A stretch of 64,000 nt of DNA from Somniosus microcephalus (Eukaryota): positions 141,918,001 through 141,982,000 of the forward strand of contig CM126214.1 in NCBI GenBank assembly GCA_052327205.1, written 5' to 3'. The notes under the pieces were generated by a model. The model was not told where the DNA came from, did no database searches, and saw only the letters and a program-made list of their open reading frames with translations. Both the position numbers and the translations under genes were made by a program. Shown one piece after another: positions 46,850 through 58,965 of this stretch (its first letter is position 1; every line of letters begins with the position of its first letter).

Positions 46850-47600
46850 ATTCATTGCCAGATCTGGCTGGACCACATCAAGCACCATCAGGACTGACTC
46901 TCCCCTGCCAAAACCACTCCTGGATCTTCCTGGCAAACAAATAACTCCCATCTCCTTTCGTACACTACTAAACATCTCTTTGTACCCGTACCCATTCCAC
47001 CCTCGCCAACAAATGCAAGGAGCTCACTGGCATCTTTTGTCATGTAGATTAAGCCTCTGCTGCTGCCACTTGCCCATCAAGACAAACCTTCCCCTAAACA
47101 GCCTCCTGTCCTAGCTCTAAATGCATATCTTTCTCTAGTTTCTGTATCCCCTTCATGCTCTCGCCAACTCATCATGTCCATGAGACAAAGGATTTATCCT
47201 TGTCATCTCTTTCTCATCTACGTACTGCCCGTTGTTAACACATAGCTGCTGAAACCCTCATCCAAACCTTTGTGACCTCCAGACTTCACCCTTCCAATGT
47301 TAACCTGGCTGGCCTCCCCCTCTAAACTTCAACTCATTCTAAACTCTGCTGCCTGTATCTTATCCGGCACCAAGTCACCCCTGTCCTTGCTGACTTACAT
47401 TGACTCCAGCTCCCTCAATCCTGCCAATTATTAAAATTCTCCTCTGTGTTTAAATTGTTTCCTGGCAATGTCTCTCCCTATCTCTGCAAACTCCTCCTGC
47501 CCTGCCCCTAAACTCTGTTGCTATGACTCTGGCCTCTTGTGCATCCCCTTCCACTTTGCCCCTTATAAATCATCATTCCCCACCAGTTCCTCCCCAACCC
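46850..47600 (+). mobile_element. Old L2-type LINE fragments
   Basis: C/T-rich. 'gctgctgaaaccctcatccaaacctttgtgacctccagactt' (AETLI..FVTSRL) and 'cttgctgacttacattgactcc' are L2 ORF2 C-terminal signatures. Confidence 0.6.
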
Positions 47601-49259
47601 ATTCACAGCCATTTTTTTCACCCTCTTCCCACACTCTATATCATTAGGTCACTCCTGTCTTTGCATTCCTACCATAAAGCATTTAAACATAATATATCAG
47701 CTTCTTAAAATGAATGGATAGAAAATCACAGGCTTGGGTGTGCCAGAAGTGTGTATACAGTCTTTAATAAACATAAATCACCATAAATAAAAATTACCTC
47801 AAGTGCACAAAAGTTCATTATTGATGCAATTTCAATGTTTTATACAGAAGGAAGAATTTTTAACTGAATTTTCAACAGCAATCCATTCTGTTAAACAATC
47901 CATTTTGTTGAACGTTTAGAGAAAAAAAACAGAAACCATGATTACAGATGCTGCTGTTTGCAAATACTACTGTTGGAGTGTTTTTTTAAATCATATTTAT
48001 AAATTTAAATAAATGCCAGTCTTGCCTGAAATCACACTTTGACAATTCAATGTCTAGTTTCTTTCAAAGTCTTAGAACAAGCACTCAAATCCTCACACAC
48101 TTGAACTCATGTTGATACAGATTGCATTCTGCAAACAGCTCACTCAAAATGCGCAGATATAGTTGAAAGTATTGAACAAGTGCAATTAAGTAAAAAATAT
48201 CCAGCATTTTGAGTGATTTGATTGGCTCATCACCAGTGATGGCAACTATTTATATGGGGAAATTCAATTAGAACTGATTAAAAAGGAATATGAAAGGGTG
48301 TGGTATCAGCAGATGCTATATGGAAGTGCATTTTTGTTTTGAGACCTTGAATCTGGTGCTTGGAAATGATAATCGTGTAGGAGCAAAGGAAGGTACCCCT
48401 TTTTCTCTCCCTCCCCCCCGACCAAACCTAAAAAAGGCTTTTAGTAATCATTTAAAATATCTAATTTGTAATAATATATTCTTAATTGTGCCTGTCCAGA
48501 TATATCTTGTGGCAATTCACTAAGCTTTTTGTTAGTATTGTGCCAGCTGATCAGGATCAGTGTATCTCTGTTCGCTGTAATGGCAGCTGACCAGAGAAGG
48601 ACTCAAAATGGAGGTTTGTGAAAAGACACCTATTGAATTGGAACATACAAGAAAAAGCTTTCCCTGGGTAGGAAATATTAATGTTCCTGTTAAAAACAGT
48701 TTTAATTATTTATTGGTTAAAAAACACAGGGAACATTTTCTTAATCATGAAAGATGCTATTTGGAACAATGACATGGAGACCAAACCAAAGAGGTAATTT
48801 TCCTACTTTTGAGATTATGGTGGGAGCCTCATCTGCAAAGAACACATCTAAAATTCAGGCATTGCCACGCATGATTTTCTCACCATTATGGTTGGAAATT
48901 CTTGCGAAACTCCCAACTGGATTTCCAATGTGAGCTTCCATTGGACAAAGTTAGAACATTATCCCTCAGGTCACTGTTGGAGCAAGCTACAGTCCAAGAT
49001 TGAGAGAATTTTTCTGATTTACACCATATTATTCAAAGGTAAATGTTCATAGTAAATCTGATACCTATCTGTTTCAAAATAATAGTTCCTTAAATGCAAT
49101 GTTAATGATAGTAGCTGATTCTTGATCCAGTGCATTAAATTTCACTTTGCTAGTGTTCTGGCTTCATGCATGTCTTGTTCAACTCATTCTGTATTCTGAC
49201 TTACCTCCTTCAATTCCACTGCTTCTCCTAGTTTGGGAACATTTGCAAATTTGTATATT

Positions 49260-49740
49260 TGAATTCAGTTTCTAAATCAAATTATGTAAATTAAAAACAG
49301 TAGTCTTTGCAACACTGAGCACCCCCGTTCAGAACAGCCCACCCCACCATAACCTCTTACAAGTACCTGTTGTTTTCTACCCTTTAACCAGTTTCTTATC
49401 CATTCCCAAACTTACCCTGAATCTATATAGCTTTGTGCTTTACTAGTAGCTTTCCTTTTAGAACTTTGTCAAGTGCCTTTTGCATATCTAGGTACAGCAC
49501 ATCAGAGTTGTCACTTCTTCATAGCGACCGTAATATGATTGAGTTCAATGTTGTGTGAAATGCAAAACAGCTACTAAGATACTAGATTTAGGTAAGGCCG
49601 ACTTCAACGGGATGAAACTGGGCAAATCTGTTAATAGATAAAATGACAGAAGATCAGTGGGAGATGTTTAAAAAAGAATTTAATGTGATACAGAACCAGT
49701 TTATACCCCTGAGGGGCAAGAGCTCGACTGACCAAAAAGT
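49260..49740. mobile_element. Two short old CR1 fragments in opposite orientation
   Basis: Minus-strand RT piece (DVLYLDMQKALDKV near 49460-49503), then a plus-strand post-endonuclease piece (SD.NMIEF..KADFNGM..DQWEMFK, 49524-49740). Confidence 0.6.
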
Positions 49741-49743
49741 CAA

Positions 49744-51489
49744 AAGAAATAGGAGCAGGAGTAGGCCAATCGGCCCCTCGAGCCTGCTCCGCCATTCAAT
49801 AAGATCATGGCTGAGCTGATCCTAACCGCCAATCTACTATCGCAGAACCATCTCCTAAATCTAACAGAATTAGACACACGAAATAGGAGCAAGATCAGGC
49901 TACACGGCCCCTGGGCCCGCTCCGCTACCCACAGGGCCATGACCGATCCGAACCTAGACTCATGTCCAAATTCCTGCCCGCTCCCCGTAACCCTTAATTC
50001 CCTTTACTTCTAGGAAACTCTCTATTTCTGTTTTAAATTTATGTAATGATGTAGCTTCTACAGCTTTTTGGGGCAGCATATTCCATGGGCCTACCACCCT
50101 CTGAGTGAAGTAGTTCCTCCTCATCTCAGTTTTGAAAGAGCAGCCCCTTATTCTAAGACTATGCCCCCTAGTTCTAGTTTCACCCATCATCGGGAACATC
50201 TTCCCTGCATCCACCCGATCCAACCCCTTCACAATCTTATATATTTCAATAAGATCGCCTCTCATTCTTCTGAACTCCAATGAGTAGAGTCCCAATCTAC
50301 TCAACCTCTCCTCATATGTCCATCCCCGGGATTAACCGAGTGAACCTTCTTTGTACTGACTCGAGAGCAAGTATGTCCTTTCTTAAGTATGGACACCAAA
50401 ACTGTTCCCAGTATTCCAGGTGCGGTCTCACCAATACCTTGTACAACTGAAGCAATACCTCCCTATTTTTATATTCTATCCCCCTAGCAATGAAAGCCAA
50501 CATTCCATTGGCCTTCTTAATCACTTGCTGCACCTGCATACTAACCTTTTGAGTTTCGTGCACCAGGACCCCCAGATCCCTTTCTACTTCAGTACTTTCC
50601 AGTTTCTTGCCATTAAGATAATAACTTGCTCTACAATTTTTCCTGCCAAAGTGCATAACCTCACACTTTCCAGTATTGTATTCCATCTGCCAAATCTCTG
50701 CCCACTTACTTAGCCTGTCTATGTCCCCTTGAAGGTTTTTTATGTCCTCCTCACTCACTACTTTCCCCCCCATCTTAGTATCATCTGCAAACTTTGATAT
50801 GTTACACTCGGTCCCCTCCTCCAAATCGTTAATATAAATTGTAAAGAGTTGGGGACCCAGCACTGACCCCTGCGGAACACCACTAGTTACTGATTGCCAG
50901 TCTGAGAATGAACCATTTATCCCAACTCTCTGCCTTCTGTTAGATAGCCAATCCTCTATCCATGCCAAATATTACCCCCAATCCCGTGATTTTTTTATCT
51001 TAAGCAATAATCTTTTGTGTGGCACCTTGTCAAATGCCTTTTGGAAGTCTAAATACACTATGTCCACTAGTTCCCCTTTATCCACCCTATATGTTACTTC
51101 CTCAAAGAACGCCAGCAAATTTGTCAAACATGACTTCCCCTTCATAAAACCATGCTGACTTTGTCCTATTAAATTATGATTATCCAAATGTCCTGTTACT
51201 GTTTCCTTAATAATGGACTCCAAAATTTTACCTACCGCAGATGTTAGGCCTTCTGTCTACTGCCCTTTTTAAATAAGGGTGTTACATTAGCAGTTTTCCA
51301 GTCTGCCGGGACCTTTGCTGAGTCCAGGGAGTTTTGGAAAATTACCAATGCATCCACAATCCCTACCGCCACTTCCCTCAAGACCCTAGGATGTAAGCCA
51401 TCAGGTCCAGGTGATTTATCCGCCTTGAGTCCCATTATTTTACCGAGTACCACTTCCTTAGTGATTTTGATCCTGTTTAGCTCCTCCCC
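49744..51489 (-). mobile_element. CR1 LINE copy 2 (same young family as copy 1), 5'-truncated
   Basis: Near-identical to 28250-30003. RT motifs in ORFs 51244-51453, 50972-51223, 50312-50968 and 49960-50304. Confidence 0.95.
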
Positions 51490-51490
51490 A

Positions 51491-51585
51491 GAGTCAGAGA
51501 TGGACCATGTGAAGGTGAGGGAAGGGTGAATGAAATTGTCTAGTTCAGGGCGAGAGCAGGAAACGGCACCGATACAGTCATCAAT
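51491..51585 (-). mobile_element. Penelope-like element RT fragment
   Basis: Minus strand translates IDDCIGAVSCSRPELDNFIHPSLTFTWSISD, the (Y)IDD..HP.L.FT pattern of PLE reverse transcriptases. Confidence 0.75.
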
Positions 51586-51589
51586 AATC

Positions 51590-52925
51590 TGGTTAGCCTA
51601 ACATCTGTTGTTGGGAAATTATTAGTGTCTATAATAAGGATGGAGTGACTGAACACTTTAAATTTTCAGCTGATGAGAGAGAGAGCCAGCATGGATTTGT
51701 AGAAGGTGGGTCATGCCTGACAGACCTGATTGAGTTTTTTTTGAAGAGGTGACTATAGTAGTGGACAGGGGACTGTCTATGAATGTTATTTATATGGATT
51801 TCCATAAGGCATTCGATAAAGTTCCTTATAAGACAGTTGGCTAAAGTTGAAGCTCATGGAATTAAGGGCAAATTATTGACCTGGTTAGGAGATTAGCTGA
51901 GCGGCAGGAGACAGAGAGTAGGGATAATGGGCAAGTAGTCTAATTGGCAGGCTGTGACTAGTGGTGTCCCACAGGGATCTGTGTTAGGGCCTCAACTATT
52001 CACTGTATTTATTAATAACTTAGATGATGGGATAGAAAGTCATATATCCAAGTTTGCTGATGATAGACAGCATTGTAAGCAGTGTAGATGGAAGCAAAAC
52101 TTACAAAGATATTAATAGATTGGGCAAAACTGTGGCAAATGGAATTCAATATACATAAATGTGAGGTCATCCACTTTGGACCTAAAAAGGATAGATCAGA
52201 GTACTTTCTAAATGGTAAATAGCTAGAAACAGTGGAGTTCCAAAGAGACTTAGGGGTCCACATACATAGAGAATTAAAATGCCATGGACAGGTACAAAAA
52301 AAAAATCTAAAGGCTTGTGGAATGCTGGTCTTTATATCTAGAGGACTAGAATACAAGGGGTTAGAAGTTGTGCTGCAGCTATACAAAGCCCTGGTTAGAC
52401 CACACCTGGAGTACTGTATTCAGTTCTGGGCACCACACCTTGGGAAGGATATACTGGCCTTGGAGGGAGTGCAGCGTAGACTTACTAGAATGATACCTGG
52501 ACTCCAAGGGTTAAATTACGAGGAGCAATTACATAGTGTTCTATTCCCTGGAATTTAGAAGATTAAGGGGTGATTTGATTGAAGTTTAAGCTATTAAGGG
52601 GAACTGATGGGGAAGATAGTGAGAAATTATTTTTGCTGGTTGGGGAATCTAGGACTAGTGGACAGAGCCTAAAAATTAAAGCCAGGCCTTTCAGGAGTGA
52701 AGTTAGGAAATCACTCCTACACGCAGAGCAGGGTAGAAGTTTGGAACTCTCTTCAGCAAACGGCAGTTGGTGCTGGGTCAATTTTTGATTTTAAATCTAA
52801 GATTGATAGATTTCTGTTAACCAAAGGTATTAAGGAATATGAAGTTAGGTAACAGATCAGCCATGGTCTCATTGAATGGTGGAACAGGCTCGAGGGACTA
52901 AATGGCCTACTCCTGTTATGTTCAA
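51590..52925 (+). mobile_element. CR1 LINE, older subfamily, 5'-truncated and decayed
   Basis: RT motifs ([35 protein letters not shown]) with many indels. Single 3' module ending 'ggcctactcctgttatgtt'. Confidence 0.9.
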
Positions 52926-53605
52926 ATAGAAGTATAGGTTAGTCAGGCAGAATCTGTCCCTTCTGAAGCTACATTGACTGCTAGTTACTAAATTATTGTA
53001 TAGATAATCTTCAATTATTTTACATGAAATTGAGTTAGAGTCATCTCAGTTCAGGATTTTTGACCATTTTTCTATGGAAAGGATTCATATGATTTATGTT
53101 GAAGTGTTGCTTTTAAAGTACATTCAAAAAAATTAAAAACCCACCTTACAATAGCATGATAGAATTACTGGGACAATAAGGGGAGTTTCATGTTACTAAA
53201 CATCTATTGAAACTGTTATTCATGATTATTGGGGACAATTGGGAAATTGTTATCTCATCTCTGACTTTCCCACCTTAAGCAGTTGGAATATCCCTCCTGT
53301 TGAGCTTTAAATCTAATTTCAAAGGGGGAAATGGCATCAGCAGCATGAACACAGGTTGACTGACAGGTATCAAGATCCCAACAACCTGTGGAACAGAACT
53401 ACAGAACAAAGATCCACGTCAGACGGTGAAGTCTACTAAGAGAAAGGCAAGTAAGGTCCAAGCAGGTTACATTAATAAAACCAACCATGAAGTATTGTTG
53501 AACATCCTCCTTCCATTTATTTGTTTGTTATTCCCTCATTTCTTTGAATGTAGTCATTTTAAAGTTATACCTGGTCTCTGGTATATCTAAATCCCAGATC
53601 ATGTT

Positions 53606-53841
53606 AAACTTTAGTAGTCTGTGATGTCCCCCCTAGGGCTACACCATTTCCTTTCCGGTCCACTCCCATCTTTTCTGAACACTCTATACTCCTACATGTT
53701 CTTCATTTCCATCCTCTGGGCTTAACCATGTTGCTACTATGAAAATGAAGAACATGTAGGAGTATAGAGTGTTCAGAAAAGATGAAGTGGACCGGAAAGG
53801 AAATGGTGTAGCCCTAGGGGGGACATCACAGACTAAAGTTT
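53606..53841. repeat. Long inverted repeat (~100-bp arms, ~26-bp spacer)
   Basis: 53615-53712 is the reverse complement of 53739-53835, with a few mismatches or indels. Confidence 0.92.
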
Positions 53842-54505
53842 TTTGTACATTTGCCTCCTTTCATAGCCCCAGTGTTTGCCTTTTCCTGGCCTCTTGCATT
53901 CCATACAACTTGCAGAAACAAGTAGTGACTGACCTTAAACATGTGTTGTGGTCAACAAGAATCCAATCATTAATCTAACAGGAAAAAATGCTTCATTTTT
54001 GTCACAATGATGACTTAAGCAAGATATTGGAGAGCATTTGTAGAAGTGTACCCCTAGCAAGAAGTCAACACTTTCCAAAGCGGTGAGGAACGGGGGTGGA
54101 AATAGCAAACCTGGGACTTCAAAATATCTATCAACATTAAAGATTCACAGAAATCAAAGATTTTCTCTAATCCTAGTTATGCCACTTGCTGTTTTACTTT
54201 ATAAAGGCACTTACAAATGAGAGGAAGGGGAAATATTTGTTGACCACCCACAATCAATGTTCTGTAAATTTTGAGTGGTATTGCTGGAAATGAAGCAGAT
54301 ACTGCAGAATGCATAGAAATGGCCCAAAACAGCCTTATTCTAGAAATATACTATGGAGAGAATCTTGGAGATAGCTCTGCCTCAATATCATTCCATCCGA
54401 CACTAGCCTAGCACTACCTTAAATATTTCAAATTATTAGTTGGCCTTTTTGCTACATGAAATGTCCAACATGCCACCCACTAAAAAGTGGCTACCACTGG
54501 AATGT

Positions 54506-57500
54506 CATAACATAAGAAATAGGAGCAGGAGTAGGCCAATTGGCCCCTCGAGCCTGCTCCGCCATTCAATAAGATCATGGCTGATCTGATCCTAGCCGCC
54601 AATCCACTATGACAGGACTATCTCCTGAATCTAACAGAATTAGACACACGAAACAGGAGCAGGATCAGGCTACACGGCCCCTGGGCCCGCTCCGCTACCC
54701 ACAGGGCCATGACCGATCCGCACCTAAACTCATGTCCAAATTCCTGCCCGCTCCCCGTAACCCTTAATTCCCTTTTCTTCTAGGAAACTGTCTATTTCTG
54801 TTTTAAATTTATGCAATGATGTAGCTTCGACAGCTTTTTGGGGCAGCATATTCCATGGACCTACCACCCTCTGAGTGAAGTAGTTCCTCCTCATCTCAGT
54901 TTTGAAAGAGCAGCCCCTTATTCTAAGACTATGCCCCCTAGTTCTAGTTTCACCCATCATCTGGAACATCCTCCCCGCATCCACCCGATCCAACCCCTTC
55001 ACAATCTTATATGTTTCAATAAGATCGTCTCTCATTCTTCTGAACTCCAATGAGTAGAGTCCCAATCTACTCAACCTCTCCTCATATGTCCATCCCCTCG
55101 ATTAACTGAGTGAATCTTCTTTGTACTGACTCGAGAGCAAGTATGTCTTCTTAAGTATGGACACCAAAACTGTATGCAGTATTCCAGGTGCGGTCTCACC
55201 AATACCTTGTACAACTGAAGCAATACCTCCCTATTTTTATATTCTATCCCCCTAGCAATGAAAGCCAACATTCCATTGGCCTTCTTAATCACTTGCTGCA
55301 CCTGCATACTAACCTTTTGAGTTTCGTGCACCAGGACCCCCAGATCCCTTTCTACTTCAGTACTTTCCAGTTTCTTGCCATTAAGATAATAACTTGCTCT
55401 ACGATTTTTCCTGCCGAAGTGCATAACCTCACACTTTCCAGTATTGTATTCCATCTGCCAAGTCTCTGCCCACTTACTTAGCCTGTCTATGTCCCCTTGC
55501 AGGTTTTTTATGTCCTCCTCACTCACTACTTTCCCTCCCATCTTAGTATCATCTGCAAACTTTGATATGTTACACTCGGTCCCCTCCTCCAAATCGTTAA
55601 TATAGATTGTAAAGAGTTGGGGACCCAGCACTGACCCCTGCGGAACACCACTGGTTACTGATTGCCAGTCTGAGAATGAACCATTTATCCCAACTCTCTG
55701 CCTTCTGTTAGATAGCCAATCCTCTATTCATGCCAGAATATTACCCCCAATCCCGTGATTTTTTATCTTAAGCAATAATCTTTTGTGTGGCACCTTGTCA
55801 AATGCCTTTTGGAAGTCTAAATACACTACGTCCACTGGTTCACCTTTATCCACCCTGTATGTTACTTCCTCAAAGAACGCCAGCAAATTTGTCAAACATG
55901 ACTTCCCCTTCATAAAACCATGCTGACTTTGTCTTATTAAACTATGATTATCCAAATGTCCCGTTACTGTCTCCTTAATAATGGACTCCAAAATTTTACC
56001 TACCACAGATGTTAGGCTAACCGGTCCATAGTTTCCAGCCTTCTGTCTACTGCCCTTTTTAAATAAAGGTGTTACATTAGCAGTTTTCCAGTCTGCTGGG
56101 ACCTTTGCTGAGTCCAGGGAGTTTTGGAAGATTATTACCAATGCATCCACAATCCCTACCGCCACTTCCCTCAAGACCCTTGGATGTAAGCCATCAGGTC
56201 CAGGCGATTTATCCGCCTTGAGTCCCATTATTTTACCGAGTACCACTTCCTTAGTGATTTTGATCGTGTTTATCTCCTTCCCCCCCCCCCCCCCCCCCCA
56301 TAGCCCCCTGCTTGTCCAGCGTTGGGATATTCTTGGTGTCCTCTACTGTAAAGACTGATACAAAATATTCATTGTGTTTTTGCCATCTCCATATTTCCCA
56401 CCATTAATTTCCCAGTCTCATCCTCTAAGGGACCAACATTTACTTTAGCCACCCTTTTTCTTTTTATATAACTATAAAAACTCTTTATCTGTTTTTATAT
56501 TTTTTGCTAATTTACTTTCCTAATCAATCTTTTTGTTATTTTTTGCTGTCTTTTAAAGTTTTCCCAATCCTTTATCCTCCCACTAGATTTGGCTACCTTA
56601 TATGCCCTTGTTTTTAGTCGAATACTATCCTTAATTTCTTTACTTAGCCACGGATGGCTGTCTTTTCTTTTACACCCTTTTCTTCTCAGTGGAATATACT
56701 TTTTTTGGAAGTTGTAAAATAACTCCTTAAATGTACACCACTGATCATGTATCGTCTTACCCTTTAATCTATTTTCCCAATCCACTTTGCTCAATTCTGC
56801 TCTCATACCTTCATAGTCTCCTTTATTCAAGCTTAGCACGCTTGTTTGAGATACAACCTCCTCACCCTCTAATTGAACATGGAATTCAACCATGTTATGG
56901 TCACTCATTCCAAGGGGATCCTTTACTAGGACATTTTTAATTAATCCTGTCTCGTTACACAGGACCAGATCTAAGGTTGCTTGCCCCCTGGTCGGTTCAG
57001 TTACATACTGCTCAAGAAACCCATCCCTAATACACTCAATGAACTCATCCTCAAGGCAGCCCTGCCCAATTTGATTTGTCCAGTTAATATGATAGTTAAA
57101 ATCCCCCATAATTATAGATGTTCCCTTATTACAAGCCTCAACTATTTCCTGATTGATACTCCGTCCAACCGAGTTGCAACTGTTCGGAGGCCTATAGACT
57201 ACGCCCACTAGTGTTTTTTTCCCCTTATTATTCCTTATCTCCACCCAAACTGTTTCATTATCCTGACCTTTTGAGTCAATATCATTTCTCTGTATTAGTG
57301 ATTCCTTCCTTTATTAACATAGCCACCCCACCTCCCCTTCCTTCCTGCCTGTCCTTCCTGATCGTTAAATAACCTGGTATGTTTAATTCCCAGGCATTGT
57401 CACCCTGCAGCCATGTTTCTGTAATGGCCACAAGATCATACCCATATGTAGCTATTTGTGCCATTAACTCATCTATTTTGTTACGAATGCTGCGTGCATT

Positions 57501-58413
57501 CAGATAGAGAACTTTCAAATGTGTTTTTTGACACTTAGTTCCTGCTTTTGCCCTTTTTATTACTTTACCTTTTACTCCATACCTTCTGCCCCTTCCTGAC
57601 ACGCTCTGGTTTTTCATTTCCCCACTGCTACCTAAGTCTCTGACCTTCTCTGTTGTCATTTTTATTATTTGTTCTCTAGGAACCTCCCCCCACTAGTTAG
57701 TTTAAAGCCCTCTCTACAGCCCTAGTTATATGATCCGCCAGGACCCTAGTCCCAGCACTGGCCAAGTGAAGCCCGTCCCAACGGAACAGCTCCCTCCTGC
57801 CCCAGTACTGGTGCCAGTGTCCCAGGAAGCAAAACCCATTTCTCCCACACCAGTCTTTGAGCCACGCATTTAACTCTCTGATTTTATTTGTCCTAGCCAA
57901 ATTCGCTCGTGGCTCAGGATTATTACCCTTGAGGTTCTGTTTTTTAATTTGACCCCTAGCTGCTCATACTCCTTTAACAGAACCGGCTTCTTAGTCCTAT
58001 CTATGTCGTTTGTACCAACATGGACCACGACGACTGGATCCACCCCCTCTCACTGCAAGTTTCTTTCCAGCCCAGAGGAGATGTCCTTAACCCTGGCACC
58101 GGGTAGGCAACACAGCCTACGGGACTCTCGCTCTTGGCTGCAGAGAACTCTATCTATCCCCCTAATACTACTATCCCCTACCACTACAACATTTCTATTT
58201 ACTCCCCCCTCTTGAATGGCCCCCCGTTCCACGGTGCTGTGGCCAGGTTGCTCATCCTCCCTGCAGCCCCTGCTCCCGTCCCCACAGGGAGTAAGAACCT
58301 CGAACCTGTTGGTCAAGTGCAAGGGCTGCGGCTCCTCCAACACTACCTCCTGGTTCCCCGTACCTGCCTCACTCGTAGTCACACCGTCCTGACCCTGGCC
58401 ATGGGCTACATCT
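54506..58413 (-). mobile_element. CR1 LINE copy 3 (young family), truncated within ORF1
   Basis: Near-identical to 28238-32152. Has the ORF1 esterase part and the whole ORF2 region, with frameshifts. Confidence 0.95.
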
Positions 58414-58488
58414 ACATTTCATAACCCTCCCATATGTGTACAAAGGAAACCTGGAGGTTTGTACACATATGGGAGGGTTATGAAATGT
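58414..58488. repeat. Perfect 31-bp inverted repeat with 13-nt spacer at the 5' junction of CR1 copy 3
   Basis: acatttcataaccctcccatatgtgtacaaa (58414-58444) / tttgtacacatatgggagggttatgaaatgt (58458-58488). Confidence 0.95.
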
Positions 58489-58554
58489 GAAAGCCAATTG
58501 GTGCCATAATGATTGAAACAGATCCAATACATGAAGCCCAATAAAAAGAAATCA

Positions 58555-58965
58555 CTCAACAATTTGCATTTATATAGCTTTTTTAATATAGAAAACCATC
58601 CCAAGGTGCTTCAGACAAGTGTAAGCAGACAAAAATGGACACCAAACCAAAGGAGGAGATATTAGAAGCTGTGCTGCATTAACTGATTTCAGCTAGGGTG
58701 GTGGTAAGAGATCTAAAATTGGCCTTTACCCCCTCCTCCTCCTCTCCTAGTCCACAGGCAGAGAGCAATCAGTCAGGAATCCCACTCCTGATTACCATCC
58801 AGTGGTCCTTGCTGCAAAGTGTATCTGTTGGGGGAGAGGTATTCAGGCTCTGTTGTGATGCCCCACACAGTAAAATAGCTTGCTTACATTCACATCTAGG
58901 CTGATGCATAAAAATAACTACATCTGTGGAGTGGGCTGGCAGCCACAGAACCCCAGACCAGCAAG
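58555..58965. mobile_element. L2-type tail (minus, 58555-58668) joined to an LF-SINE-like body (plus, 58670-58965)
   Basis: 'caacaatttgcatttatatagc...catcccaaggtgctt', then 'tgtgctgcattaactgatttcagctaggg...ctcctgattaccatccagtg...tgtgatgccccacacagt'. Confidence 0.6.
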
